The position numbers and the translations under genes are program-made. Positions 38,831 through 50,595 of a stretch of 64,000 bases of DNA are shown one piece after another (position 1 is the stretch's first letter; each line of letters starts with the position of its first letter). The notes under the pieces are model-generated. The model saw nothing but the letters and a program-made list of their open reading frames with translations. It did not search any database and had not been told where the DNA came from. Where the stretch lies: the NCBI GenBank assembly GCA_021816585.1, contig JAKAXL010000004.1:49964-113963 (forward strand), given 5' to 3'. The stretch is from Pseudomonadota bacterium (GTDB lineage Bacteria; Pseudomonadota; Gammaproteobacteria; Burkholderiales; Burkholderiaceae_C).

Positions 38831-39499
38831 TCAATCCCCGAACATCTTTTGTTTCATCTCGCGGCGCTGCTGCGCCTCCAGCGACAGCGTCGCGGTCGGC
38901 CGCGCCAGCAGGCGCCCGATGCCGATCGGCTCGCCGGTCTCCTCGCACCAGCCATATTCGCCATTGTCGATCAGCGCCAGAGCCTGCTCGACCTTCTTCA
39001 GCAGCTTGCGCTCGCGGTCGCGGGCGCGCAATTCCAGCGCATGCTCCTCCTCGATGGTGGCGCGGTCAGCCGGGTCGGGGACCAGCAGCGTGTCCTCGCG
39101 CAGGTGCTCGGTGGTCTCGCCGGCGCTGCGCAGCAGTTCGTCGCGCAGCGAGCTCAGGCGGTGGCGGAAGAAGTCGAGCTGCACGCTGCCCATGTACTCG
39201 GACTCCGGCATCGCCAGCACTTCGGCGTCGGTCAGTTCCTGGGGCGACTTCGACTTCCAGGCGTTGGCCAGCTTGGGGTCGGCTTGGGTCGGTGCGGTGG
39301 AGGGGGCGACGGTGCTCATGGCGTGGGCGGCGTTGGAAGATGCGGGAGGGCGGCCGGAGGCAGGCTTCGAGGCCTTCGCGGCCGGCAGTGTAGCGGCAGC
39401 CGATGACGCCGGCGCTGCGGCCGACCTGGATCGCTGGCGCGGCGCCGCCGAGGTCTGCGCGTCGCGTGCCGCCGGTGCTGTGCGTGAGCTCTTGACCAC
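38831..39499 (-). CDS. dksA: DksA-family RNA polymerase-binding factor; canonical C4 zinc finger largely absent; Ala/Ser/Pro-rich N-terminal extension
   Basis: Coiled-coil tip PDPADRATIEEEHALELRARDRERKLLKKVEQAL, then GWCEETGEPIGIGRLLARPTATLSLEAQQ at the C-terminus. The preferred start is GTG 39499, with an AGGGGGA SD 6 nt upstream. ATG 39319 is an alternative with no SD. The ORF-track start at 39556 is rejected. Confidence 0.8.
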   Translation of the reverse strand: MVKSSRTAPAARDAQTSAAPRQRSRSAAAPASSAAATLPAAKASKPASGRPPASSNAAHAMSTVAPSTAPTQADPKLANAWKSKSPQELTDAEVLAMPESEYMGSVQLDFFRHRLSSLRDELLRSAGETTEHLREDTLLVPDPADRATIEEEHALELRARDRERKLLKKVEQALALIDNGEYGWCEETGEPIGIGRLLARPTATLSLEAQQRREMKQKMFGD

Positions 39500-39693
39500 G
39501 GTGCGTCCCCCTGTAGTCTCTTTGTAGCACCTGCGGCCACGCGCGCCGACAGGCACCTGTTGCTTGGATGCAACCCAAGGCGTGAATCGCGCGTCAGGAT
39601 CCCTGTGGCAAACCCCTGCGGCCCCTGCGGCTCATGCGGCAAGGCCCGCGCAGCGCATTCCTCGTGCCGGTCCGTGCCGGCCAAAACCGCGCG

Positions 39694-39699
39694 ATTATA
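39694..39699 (-). promoter_or_regulatory. Candidate -10 hexamer (TATAAT on minus strand) upstream of dksA
   Basis: ATTATA on the plus strand at 39694-39699, about 195 nt upstream of GTG 39499. No good -35 is seen. Confidence 0.25.
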
Positions 39700-39735
39700 G
39701 CCACCCCGGCGCGCTGGCGGGCGCGGGCGCGGACT

Positions 39736-40830
<1,095 letters not shown>

Positions 40831-40992
40831 GGCGGGATGGAGCGGGCAGGGAAGGGATGGGACGCGGCAGGCAGCCCGCGCGACGCACGACGGGGCCGCG
40901 CGAAGCCGCTGGCGCATGGCCGTGCATCTGGGGGCATCCGGCGCGGTGTCAAGGGGCGCGGCGCCGTGCGTCAGTGTACGGCCCGCCCCGCT

Positions 40993-42174
40993 TCAGCGTG
41001 CGCGCAGCAGCAGGCCCTTCAGGTAGTCGCTCTCCGGAAAGCTCAGCAGCAGCGGGTGGTCGGGCGCGGCGCCGACGCGGCGCACGATCTCCGCGTCGCG
41101 CCCGGCGTCCACCGCGGCGCCGGCCACCACGCTCTGGAACAGCGCGGCGTCGATGCCCCCGGAGCAGGAGAAGGTGAACAGCCATCCTCCGGGGCGCAGC
41201 AGCCCGAGGGCCAGGCGGTTGATGTCCTTGTAGGCGCGCGTGGCGCGCGGCGCCTGCGCCACCGTCGGCGCCAGCTTCGGCGGGTCGAGCACGATGGCGT
41301 CGAAGCGCTGCCCGGCGTCGCGCAACTCGCGCAGCAAGCGCCCGACGTCGGCCTCGCGCAATTCGCTGCGCGCCGGGTCGAAGCCGTTGTCGCGCACATG
41401 CTCGGCCGCCAGCGCCAGCGCCGGCGCCGACGAATCGACGGTGGTCACGCTGGCGGCCCCGCCGGCCAGCGCCGCCAGCGTGAAGCCGCCGGTGTAGCCG
41501 TAGCAGTTCAGCACGCGCTGCAGGCCGCGTTCGCGCACCAGGTCGCGAAAGCGCCGCCGGTTGTCGCGCTGGTCCAGGTAGAAGCCGGTCTTGTGTCCCT
41601 GCGCGACGTCGACGTGCAGGCGCATGCCGTGCTCCTCGATGTCCACGCGCGTGGGGCCTTCGCCGTGCAGCCAGCCGGTGCGCTCGGCCAGACCCTCGCG
41701 CGCGCGCACGCCGACATCGGAACGCTCGTAGACGCGCAGTCCCGGCAGGCATTCGCGCAGCAGTTCCAGCAGCACGGCGCTCCAGCGCTCGGCGCCGGCG
41801 CTGAGCAGTTGCACCACCGCGATGTCGGCGAAGCGGTCGACCACCAGGCCAGGCAGTCCGTCCGATTCGCCCCACACCAGGCGCGCGGCGCGCGGGTCGA
41901 TTCCCAGCGCCTGGCGGCGTTCGATGGCCCCGCGAAGGCGCTCGCGCAGGAAATCGCGGTCGATGCGCTGCGCGGGGTCGAAACTCCACATGCGCAGCCG
42001 GATCTGCGACTGCGGGCTGTAGGCGGCCCAGCCCAGCACCTGTCCCTCGTGCGACTCCACGCGCACGGTCTCGCCGCTGTCCGCGCCGCCGCGCGCGATG
42101 GCTCCGGCGAACACCCAGGGATGGCCGCGCAGCAGCGCGCGTTCCTTGCCGGGATGCAGGCGTATGACTTTCAC
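40993..42174 (-). CDS. rlmI: Class I SAM-dependent 23S rRNA m5C methyltransferase (RlmI-like)
   Basis: 393 aa from GTG 42174 (KVIRLHPGKERALLRGHPWVFAGAI...VLNCYGYTGGFTLAAL...LDPPK). The ORF-track start at 42753 runs through xerC in another frame and is rejected. Confidence 0.8.
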   Translation of the reverse strand: MKVIRLHPGKERALLRGHPWVFAGAIARGGADSGETVRVESHEGQVLGWAAYSPQSQIRLRMWSFDPAQRIDRDFLRERLRGAIERRQALGIDPRAARLVWGESDGLPGLVVDRFADIAVVQLLSAGAERWSAVLLELLRECLPGLRVYERSDVGVRAREGLAERTGWLHGEGPTRVDIEEHGMRLHVDVAQGHKTGFYLDQRDNRRRFRDLVRERGLQRVLNCYGYTGGFTLAALAGGAASVTTVDSSAPALALAAEHVRDNGFDPARSELREADVGRLLRELRDAGQRFDAIVLDPPKLAPTVAQAPRATRAYKDINRLALGLLRPGGWLFTFSCSGGIDAALFQSVVAGAAVDAGRDAEIVRRVGAAPDHPLLLSFPESDYLKGLLLRAR

Positions 42175-42184
42175 GGTGGGGGAT

Positions 42185-43183
42185 TCAGCGCGGCTTGCGC
42201 GCGCGCGGGTGGGCCTGGTCGTAGACCTTGGCCAGATGCTGGAAATCCAGGCGTGTGTAGACCTGGGTGCTGGAGATGCTCGAGTGCCCCAGCAGTTCCT
42301 GCACGCCGCGCAGGTCGCCGCTGGACTGCAGCAGGTGCGACGCGAAGGAGTGCCGCAGCATGTGGGGGTGCACGGTTCCGGGCAGGCCGGCCTCGACGGC
42401 CCGCCGGCGCAGTTCCTCGCGCACCCGCTGCGCGCCGATGCGCGCGCCGCGCGGACCCAGGAACAGCGCCGCGCGATCGGATTCGCCGGCGCTTTGCGGC
42501 TGCGGGCCGCGCTGCTCCAGCCAGTCGCGCAGCGCCTGCATGGCCTGCGCGCCGATCGGCACGCTGCGGCGCTTGCCGCCCTTGCCCAGCACATGGGCCT
42601 CGCAGGCGTCCCAGTCGATCCAGCCTTGCGAGACATGCTGCTGCCCGCGCACCGGGCGCAGGTCCAGCCCCACCAGTTCGGACACGCGCAGGCCGCTGGA
42701 ATACAGCAGCTCGGCCAGCGCGTGCGAACGCGCGCGGGATCGCGGGTCGGCATCCGGCGCGGTGCCCTGCGCGCCGGCGGCCAGCGCCACCGCGTGCTCC
42801 ACGCTCAGCGCCTTGGGCAGCGGGCGTTGCGCGCGCGGCGCGCGCACGTCGCGCGCCGGGTCGCTGGCCAGCAGGCCGCGCGTGCCCATCCAGCGCAGCA
42901 GCCCGCGCCACGCCGACAGCCGTGCCGCGATGGCGCGCGCACTCATGCCCTGCGCATGCAGCGCGGCGACCCACGAGCGCAGATGGCGCGGCTGCAGTTG
43001 CGCCGCATCCACGCCGGCCTGTGCCGCGCGCCGGCACAGGTCCTGCAGGTCGCGCCGGTAGTTCACCAGCGTGCGCGGCGCCAGCCTGCGAACGTGCTCC
43101 AGGCGCTGCAGATGCTCGCGGCAGGCCTGCGCCAGCAGCGGCGCCTGCGCTGCCGCGGCATCGGGGAGCTCGTGCCGCTGCAT
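42185..43183 (-). CDS. xerC: Tyrosine recombinase XerC
   Basis: 332 aa with a C-terminal catalytic region (LYSSGLRVSELVGL...HPHMLRHSFASHLL...LLGHSSISSTQVYT). It sits in the dapF-DUF484-xerC order seen in E. coli. Confidence 0.85.
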   Translation of the reverse strand: MQRHELPDAAAAQAPLLAQACREHLQRLEHVRRLAPRTLVNYRRDLQDLCRRAAQAGVDAAQLQPRHLRSWVAALHAQGMSARAIAARLSAWRGLLRWMGTRGLLASDPARDVRAPRAQRPLPKALSVEHAVALAAGAQGTAPDADPRSRARSHALAELLYSSGLRVSELVGLDLRPVRGQQHVSQGWIDWDACEAHVLGKGGKRRSVPIGAQAMQALRDWLEQRGPQPQSAGESDRAALFLGPRGARIGAQRVREELRRRAVEAGLPGTVHPHMLRHSFASHLLQSSGDLRGVQELLGHSSISSTQVYTRLDFQHLAKVYDQAHPRARKPR

Positions 43184-43193
43184 GGCGCCGGAC

Positions 43194-43856
43194 TCAGCTC
43201 GGCGGCAGCAGGCGCAACAGCGCCGCCGACGCCACCTCGCCGACGCGCGCCAGGAACTCGGTGCCCATGTCGGCGGTGAAGCGGTCGGACAACGGCGAAC
43301 CCAGCACCAGCAGCCCGAAGGCCGGCGCCTGCGTCGCGGGGCGCAGCGCCACCAGCGCCAGCGACTGCGGCGGCGAGGCCAGCCAGCGCGCCGCCTCGAA
43401 ACCGGCATTGGCGCCGCAGAAGGGCTCGCTCAGGCTGTTGGCCAGCACCGGGATGTCCTCCCCCACCGGCGCCGCCTCGTCCAGCCCGGCGTACTCCGGC
43501 CGCACACCCCAGATGCGCAGCGCGGCCAGCGGCAGTTCGAAGCGCTCGCGCAGTTCGCCCACCAGCGTGCGCGGCAGCGACGCGGCGTCCCCCTGCATGA
43601 GCAGCGCGCGCGCCCACGCCAGCAGGCGTCCGGAGCGGATCTCGTTGTCGGCGGCATTGCGCATCAGCTCGGCCAGGCGGTGCTCGAGCGCGCGCATCTT
43701 GTCGCGCAGCATCTCGATCTGGCGCTCCTGCAGCGACACCGCGCGGTTGCCGTGCGGGCTTTGCAGCTGCACGCTGGACAGCAGCTCGGCGTGGCGCTCG
43801 AAAAAGTCGGGATGCTCGGCCAGGTAGGCGGCGAGGTCGTGTTCGCTCAGTTCCAT
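43194..43856 (-). CDS. DUF484-family (YigA-like) protein
   Basis: 220 aa (LAAYLAEHPDFFERHAELL...SLQERQIEMLRDK). Its start overlaps the dapF stop by 1 nt (TGATG). Confidence 0.7.
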   Translation of the reverse strand: MELSEHDLAAYLAEHPDFFERHAELLSSVQLQSPHGNRAVSLQERQIEMLRDKMRALEHRLAELMRNAADNEIRSGRLLAWARALLMQGDAASLPRTLVGELRERFELPLAALRIWGVRPEYAGLDEAAPVGEDIPVLANSLSEPFCGANAGFEAARWLASPPQSLALVALRPATQAPAFGLLVLGSPLSDRFTADMGTEFLARVGEVASAALLRLLPPS

Positions 43857-44749
43857 CAGGGCGTTCCTTGGATGTGACCCGTGGGCAGGGTCAGCGAGTC
43901 GAGATCGATGCTGGCGTCGAATACGTGCACCGCGGGTCCGGTCATGCGCACCGGGTGTGCCGGGCCGCGCCACGCGATGCTCAGTTCGCCGCCGCGTGTC
44001 TGCACCGCGACCGGGCTTTGCAGCCAGCCGTGGCGTATCGCCGCGACGGCGGCGGCGCAGGCGCCGGTGCCGCAGGCCAGGGTCTCGCCGGCTCCGCGTT
44101 CCCACACGCGCAGCCGTGCATGGTGCGGGTCCAGCACCTGCAGGAAGCCGGCGTTGACGCGCTGCGCGAAACGCGGGTGATGCTCGAGCAGCGCGCCCAC
44201 GCGCGCCACCGGCGCGGCGTCGACATCGTCGACCCGCTGCACCGCGTGCGGGTTGCCCATCGACACCACGCTCAGTTGCAGCAGGGCATCGTCCAGCGGC
44301 AGTTCCCAGCGGGCCAGATCCCCCTCGACGCGGCTTCGCAGGCCCTCGGTGTCGAAGGGGATGTCGGCCGGCGCGAAGCGCGGCGCGCCCATGTCCACGC
44401 AGACCTGCCCGTCGTCCTCCATGCGCGGCTCGATGACGCCGGCGCGCGTGAGCACGCGGATCGAGCGCTTGTCGGTGAGGCCGCGGCGCCGCACGAAGGC
44501 GACGAAACAGCGAGCGCCGTTGCCGCACTGCTCGACCTCGCCGCCATCGGCGTTGAAGATGCGGTAGCGGAAGTCCACCTCCGGCCCCGGCGGCGGCTCG
44601 ACGACCAGGATCTGGTCGGCGCCGACGCCGAAATGCCGGTCCGCCAGCAGGCGCAGCTGTTGCGGGCCCAGCGTGAAGGCCTCGCGGGTGGCGTCGATGA
44701 CCACGAAGTCATTGCCGGCACCGTGCATCTTGGCGAAATGCAGGAGCAT
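43856..44749 (-). CDS. dapF: Diaminopimelate epimerase
   Basis: 297 aa ([15 protein letters not shown]...[17 protein letters not shown]...SMGNPH...[15 protein letters not shown]). Confidence 0.9.
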   Translation of the reverse strand: MLLHFAKMHGAGNDFVVIDATREAFTLGPQQLRLLADRHFGVGADQILVVEPPPGPEVDFRYRIFNADGGEVEQCGNGARCFVAFVRRRGLTDKRSIRVLTRAGVIEPRMEDDGQVCVDMGAPRFAPADIPFDTEGLRSRVEGDLARWELPLDDALLQLSVVSMGNPHAVQRVDDVDAAPVARVGALLEHHPRFAQRVNAGFLQVLDPHHARLRVWERGAGETLACGTGACAAAVAAIRHGWLQSPVAVQTRGGELSIAWRGPAHPVRMTGPAVHVFDASIDLDSLTLPTGHIQGTP

Positions 44750-44793
44750 GGGGTGCGATGCGGGAGCGGTTTCGGGCGCGGCGGCCTGGTCTG

Positions 44794-45684
44794 TCAGTAC
44801 AGCGGGGCCTCGCCGGGAGGGCGGGTCTTGAATCGCTTGTGCACCCAATGATATTGGCTGGGCATCTCGAGCACCCGCTGTTCGATGAACTGGTTCAGGC
44901 GCAGCAGGTCGGCGTCGATGTCGCACACGCGGCCGTCGCGCAGCGTCGGGTAGTCGGTCCACGCGGGGTGGATGGTCACCTCGTAGCCCTGCGCGCCGGG
45001 CAGCATGCGCGCCACCACCGGGTACACCCGGGCATGCGCCGAGGCGGCCAGCCGGGGCACCACGTCGAGGGTCGCCGCCGGGATTCCGAAAAACGGCACG
45101 AAGCGCGAGTGCTTGGGCCCGAAGTCCATGTCCGGCAGCGTGTAGAAGGGTGTGTGCCGGCGCAACGCGCGCAGCATTCCGGTGGCGCCTTCGTGGCGCG
45201 ACACGATGCGCTCGGTGGCGAAGCGGCTGCGCCCGGCCAGCACCCAGCGATCCAGGTGCTGCGATTTCTGCGGCGTGTACATGCCCGACAGCGGGCGCCG
45301 CGCGGCCAGGGTCAGCGCCGTCCACGCGGCGTCCATGCCCTCGAAGTGCAGGCCCACCAGCAGCACCGCGCCTTCGCCGTGCAGCGCCTCCTCGACCGGC
45401 CCCTTCAGGTGCAGCACGCGACGCAGGCGCCGCGGGCTGGCGCCCCACAGGAAGGCGCGTTCGAGCAGCGCGCGCGCCACGCAGACGAAATGCTCGCGCG
45501 CCACGTCCTCGCGCTGGCGCGGGCTCCACTGCGCAAAGCACAGCTCCAGGTTGCGCAGCGCGATGCGGCGGCGACGCCGCGCGAACAGCCACAGCAGGCG
45601 TCCGAGGCCGTGGCCTAGCGCGGCCTGCAGCGGGTACGGCAGCCACTGCAGCAACCACAGCAGTCCGAGCAGCGTGCGCGTCAT
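44794..45684 (-). CDS. Lipid A biosynthesis late acyltransferase (LpxL/HtrB family)
   Basis: 296 aa ([13 protein letters not shown]...[10 protein letters not shown]...[10 protein letters not shown]). It is one of two adjacent family members that overlap by 4 nt. Confidence 0.75.
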   Translation of the reverse strand: MTRTLLGLLWLLQWLPYPLQAALGHGLGRLLWLFARRRRRIALRNLELCFAQWSPRQREDVAREHFVCVARALLERAFLWGASPRRLRRVLHLKGPVEEALHGEGAVLLVGLHFEGMDAAWTALTLAARRPLSGMYTPQKSQHLDRWVLAGRSRFATERIVSRHEGATGMLRALRRHTPFYTLPDMDFGPKHSRFVPFFGIPAATLDVVPRLAASAHARVYPVVARMLPGAQGYEVTIHPAWTDYPTLRDGRVCDIDADLLRLNQFIEQRVLEMPSQYHWVHKRFKTRPPGEAPLY

Positions 45685-46538
45685 GGACGGGCGGCCTGCG
45701 GCGGCGGCAGCGGCGCGCCGGCCGGGACCTTGTAGCGCTTGTAGCCCCACAGGTACTGGCGCGGACAGCTGCGCACGAGGGCTTCGATCTCGCCATTGAT
45801 GCGCGCGGCGGCCAGCACCGGATCGTCGGGCAGCGCGCCGTCCAGCGCGTGCAGGCGCAGCCGGTAGCCGCGCCCGCGCGGCAGCCGCTCGGCGAAGGCG
45901 AACACGATGCGCGCACCGGTCAGCTGGGCCAGCCGCGCCGGCAGGGTCATGGTGTAGGCGTCGCGCCCGAAGAACGGGGCCCACACGCCTTCGCCGGCCG
46001 ACGGCGCCTGGTCCGGCAGCAGTCCCACCGCCTCGCCGTTGCGCAGCGCGCGCAGCAGCGGGCGCATGCCGGCCGCGGTGGCCGGCGCGGTGCGCAGGTT
46101 GTCGCGCAGGCGCGCCGGCGCCAGCGCGGCCAGCCACGACTTGTGCGGCGGGCGGTACAGCACGGTGATCGGCCCCCACAGCGCGGCCACCTGCGCCGAC
46201 ACCTCGAAGCAGCCCAGGTGGGGGGTCAGGTACAGCACGCCGCGGCCTTCGCGCCAGGCCTGCTCGACATGCTCGCGTCCATGCACCTCGACACGCCGCA
46301 CCGCGGCCTGCGCGCCTGCGCGCAACCAGACGAAGGGCAGCTCGCCCGCCATGCGCCCGGCCTCCAGCGCCGAGGCCAGCGCCAGCCCGCGCGAGTCGAG
46401 ACCGGCCTGGCGCAGGTTGTCGTGCAGCACCGCGCGGTAGCGCGGTGATGCGACGTACACCAGGGCGCCGAGTGCGGCGCCGGCGGCCTGCAGCAGACCC
46501 AGCGGCAGCAGCGACAGCGCATGGAACAGACGCAGCAT
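45681..46538 (-). CDS. Lipid A biosynthesis late acyltransferase family protein (second copy)
   Basis: 285 aa ([13 protein letters not shown]...[10 protein letters not shown]...[10 protein letters not shown]). Confidence 0.7.
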   Translation of the reverse strand: MLRLFHALSLLPLGLLQAAGAALGALVYVASPRYRAVLHDNLRQAGLDSRGLALASALEAGRMAGELPFVWLRAGAQAAVRRVEVHGREHVEQAWREGRGVLYLTPHLGCFEVSAQVAALWGPITVLYRPPHKSWLAALAPARLRDNLRTAPATAAGMRPLLRALRNGEAVGLLPDQAPSAGEGVWAPFFGRDAYTMTLPARLAQLTGARIVFAFAERLPRGRGYRLRLHALDGALPDDPVLAAARINGEIEALVRSCPRQYLWGYKRYKVPAGAPLPPPQAARP

Positions 46539-46633
46539 GGCGGTGTGGAAGGAGGGATTCGGCGCGGCGGCTTCGGCAGGGCGCCCATGTTATCCGGCGC
46601 GCCGGGCGCGCAGCGGGGCCGCCGTGGGGTGCC

Positions 46634-46639
46634 TATAAT
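46634..46639 (+). promoter_or_regulatory. Candidate -10 hexamer TATAAT upstream of metK
   Basis: A perfect TATAAT in GC-rich surroundings, 146 nt upstream of the metK ATG. The -35 is weak. Confidence 0.4.
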
Positions 46640-46784
46640 CCGTTCATGTCGCCGAGTTAATGACAACTTGCGGGGCGACTGGCCCGGGGGCGTTCCCCCT
46701 GGGCGCCCTGAACCGCTAAAGCGTCGGCATGCAGCAGCCACGAGGCGGTCCGACTTCCGCAGTCACGTTTCCTGGAGCCCGCGC

Positions 46785-47990
46785 ATGGCCGACCTGTCTT
46801 CCTCATCCCATCTCTTCACGTCCGAATCGGTATCGGAAGGGCACCCCGACAAGGTGGCCGACCAGATCTCCGACGCCGTTCTGGACGCCATCCTGGAGCA
46901 GGACCCGCGATCGCGGGTCGCTGCCGAGACCCTGGCCAACACCGGTCTGATCGTGCTGGCCGGCGAAATTACCACTACGGCGGTAGTGGATTACATCCAG
47001 GTGGCGCGCGACACCCTCAAGCGCATCGGCTACGACGATGCCGATTTCGGCATCGACCACAAGAGCTGCGCGGTGCTCGTCGCCTATGACAAGCAGAGCC
47101 CCGACATCGCGCGCGGCGTCGATCGCGCGCACGACGACGACCTCGACCAGGGCGCCGGTGACCAGGGCCTGATGTTCGGCTACGCCTGCGACGAGACCCC
47201 GGACCTGATGCCGGCGCCGATCTACTACGCGCACCGGCTGGTCGAGCGGCAGAGCCAGCTGCGGCGCGACGGGCGCCTGCCCTGGCTGCGCCCGGACGCG
47301 AAAAGCCAGATCACCTTCCGCTATGCCGGCGGACTCCCGGTGGGCATCGAGACCGTGGTGCTGTCGACGCAGCACGCGCCGGAGGTCGACATGGCCGAGC
47401 TGCGCGAAGGCGTGATCGAGGAGATCATCAAGCCGGTGCTGCCGGCGCACTGGATGCGCGGCGCGGTGAAGTACCTGATCAACCCGACCGGGCGCTTCGT
47501 CATCGGCGGGCCGCAGGGCGACTGCGGGCTGACCGGGCGCAAGATCATCGTCGACACCTACGGCGGCGCTGCGCCGCACGGCGGCGGCGCCTTCTCCGGC
47601 AAGGACCCGAGCAAGGTCGACCGCTCGGCCGCCTATGCCGCGCGCTACGTGGCCAAGAACATCGTCGCCGCGGGGCTGGCCAAGCGCTGCCTGGTGCAGG
47701 TGTCCTACGCCATCGGCGTGGCCGAGCCGACCAGCATCATGGTCACCACCCAGGGCACCGGGGTGATCGACGACGCCCGCCTCGAGCAACTGGTGCGCAG
47801 CCACTTCGATCTGCGTCCGCGCGGCATCATCCGCATGCTCGACCTGCAGCGTCCGATCTACGCCAAGAGCGCCGCCTACGGGCACTTCGGCCGCGATGAG
47901 CCGGAGTTCACGTGGGAAGCGGTGGACAAGGCGCAGGCGCTGCGCGCCGACGCCGGGCTCAGCCCCGAGCTGCCGGTGGCCGCGGCCTGA
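46785..47990 (+). CDS. metK: S-adenosylmethionine synthase
   Basis: 401 aa from ATG 46785 ([28 protein letters not shown]...[12 protein letters not shown]...[19 protein letters not shown]). GGAG SD is upstream. Confidence 0.95.
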   Translation: MADLSSSSHLFTSESVSEGHPDKVADQISDAVLDAILEQDPRSRVAAETLANTGLIVLAGEITTTAVVDYIQVARDTLKRIGYDDADFGIDHKSCAVLVAYDKQSPDIARGVDRAHDDDLDQGAGDQGLMFGYACDETPDLMPAPIYYAHRLVERQSQLRRDGRLPWLRPDAKSQITFRYAGGLPVGIETVVLSTQHAPEVDMAELREGVIEEIIKPVLPAHWMRGAVKYLINPTGRFVIGGPQGDCGLTGRKIIVDTYGGAAPHGGGAFSGKDPSKVDRSAAYAARYVAKNIVAAGLAKRCLVQVSYAIGVAEPTSIMVTTQGTGVIDDARLEQLVRSHFDLRPRGIIRMLDLQRPIYAKSAAYGHFGRDEPEFTWEAVDKAQALRADAGLSPELPVAAA

Positions 47991-48039
47991 GCAAGTCGCG
48001 ACGGCCACCGCGCGGCGCCGTCCCGGCGCGCGCAGTGGC

Positions 48040-48045
48040 TACAAT
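48040..48045 (+). promoter_or_regulatory. Candidate -10 hexamer TACAAT upstream of the SAH riboswitch
   Basis: gctTACAATctg lies about 8 nt before the first conserved riboswitch nucleotides. Confidence 0.4.
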
Positions 48046-48053
48046 CTGCGGCA

Positions 48054-48187
48054 CCCCGAGGAGCGTTGCAACGCATCCCGCGGCCGCGCCCGAGGCGCGG
48101 CGCGCGCGATCGCCAGGCTCGGGGTCCGGTTCACGGGTGCGCCGCCGCAGTTGCTGCCGCGCGGCGCCAGTGCAACGGCGCTCACCC
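48054..48187 (+). promoter_or_regulatory. SAH (S-adenosylhomocysteine) riboswitch
   Basis: The conserved blocks of the SAH element are read directly: CCCCGAGGAGCGTTGCAAC ... GCCAGGCTCGGGG ... TGCAACGGCGCTCACC. CCCCGAG pairs with CTCGGGG, GAGCG pairs with CGCTC, and there are two GC-rich variable hairpins. It lies in the 5' leader of ahcY, the classic context. Confidence 0.75.
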
Positions 48188-48255
48188 TACCCGTGCCCGT
48201 CACGGGGATGCGGTGTGCATCCCGTGGCGGGCCCTCGTCCTGCGGAGATTCCGAC

Positions 48256-49677
<1,422 letters not shown>

Positions 49678-49686
49678 AGCGCCGGC

Positions 49687-50520
49687 ATGCAGCTCGACCA
49701 TCTCAGTTTCGAGTTCTTTCCGCCGAAGACCCCGGAGGGCGCCGAGAAGTTGCGCGCGGCGCGCCGGCGTCTGTACGCGCGCGCTCCGGAGTTCTGCTCG
49801 GTGACCTTCGGCGCCGGCGGCTCGACGCAGGAAGGCACGCTGGACACGGTGCTGGAGATCGCCGCCGAGGGCATGCGTGCGGCGCCGCACCTGTCGTGCA
49901 TCGGCGCCAGCCGCGCGCGCGCGAGCGAGCTCTTGCAGCGCTACCGGGCCGAGGGCATCCGGCGCATCGTCGCGCTGCGCGGCGACCTGCCGTCGGGCTA
50001 CGGCCTGGGCGGCGAGTTCACGCATGCCGCGGACTTGGTGGAGTTCATCCGCGCCGAGACCGGCGACTGGTTCCACATCGAGGTCGCCGCGTACCCGGAG
50101 ATGCATCCGCAGGCGCGCGGCCCGGCCGACGACCTGAAGCATTTCGTGGCGAAGATGCGGGCCGGCGCGAATTCCGCGATCACCCAGTACTTCTTCAACC
50201 CCGACGCGTACTTCCGTTTCGTCGACGAACTGCGTCGCGCAGGCGTCGACGCGCCGGTGGTGCCCGGCATCATGCCGCTGACCAACGCCAGCCAGCTGCT
50301 GCGCTTTTCCGAGGTCTGCGGCGCCGAGGTCCCGCGCTGGATGCGGCTTCGCCTGCTGGAGTACGGCGACGACCGGGCGTCGATCGTGGCCTTCGGGCGC
50401 GACGTGGTCGCGGACCTGTGCTGCCGGCTGCTCGCCGGGGGGGCGCCGGGCCTGCACTTCTACACGCTGAACCAGGCGGATGCCAGCCTGGGGGTGCTGG
50501 AGCGCGTCGGCGCAGCTTGA
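49687..50520 (+). CDS. metF: Methylenetetrahydrofolate reductase
   Basis: 277 aa (SFEFFPPKT...VTFGAGGST...HLSCIG...ALRGD...ITQYFFN). Confidence 0.9.
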   Translation: MQLDHLSFEFFPPKTPEGAEKLRAARRRLYARAPEFCSVTFGAGGSTQEGTLDTVLEIAAEGMRAAPHLSCIGASRARASELLQRYRAEGIRRIVALRGDLPSGYGLGGEFTHAADLVEFIRAETGDWFHIEVAAYPEMHPQARGPADDLKHFVAKMRAGANSAITQYFFNPDAYFRFVDELRRAGVDAPVVPGIMPLTNASQLLRFSEVCGAEVPRWMRLRLLEYGDDRASIVAFGRDVVADLCCRLLAGGAPGLHFYTLNQADASLGVLERVGAA

Positions 50521-50595
50521 GCCGGGCGGGCCGGGCCGCAGCGGGCATTCCGCCGGGGCAGCGCGGGATAGGGGGCGCCTGCTAAGCTGGTCCGC

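Noticed and set aside
38831-39556. A 241-aa version of DksA starting at 39556.
   Set aside because: There is no SD, and the first 19 residues look non-coding. GTG 39499 has a strong AGGGGGA SD. ATG 39319 is kept only as an alternative.
40993-42753. A 586-aa ORF that would fuse an N-terminal extension to the RlmI-like methyltransferase.
   Set aside because: The first 193 codons overlap xerC in another frame and translate to Cys/Arg/Ala-rich nonsense. GTG 42174 gives the typical RlmI N-terminus (KVIRLHPGKERALLRGHPWVF).
42185-43183. Tyrosine recombinase as a marker of a mobile element.
   Set aside because: It sits in the conserved dapF-DUF484-xerC housekeeping arrangement with native GC content, so it is called xerC and not a phage or island integrase.
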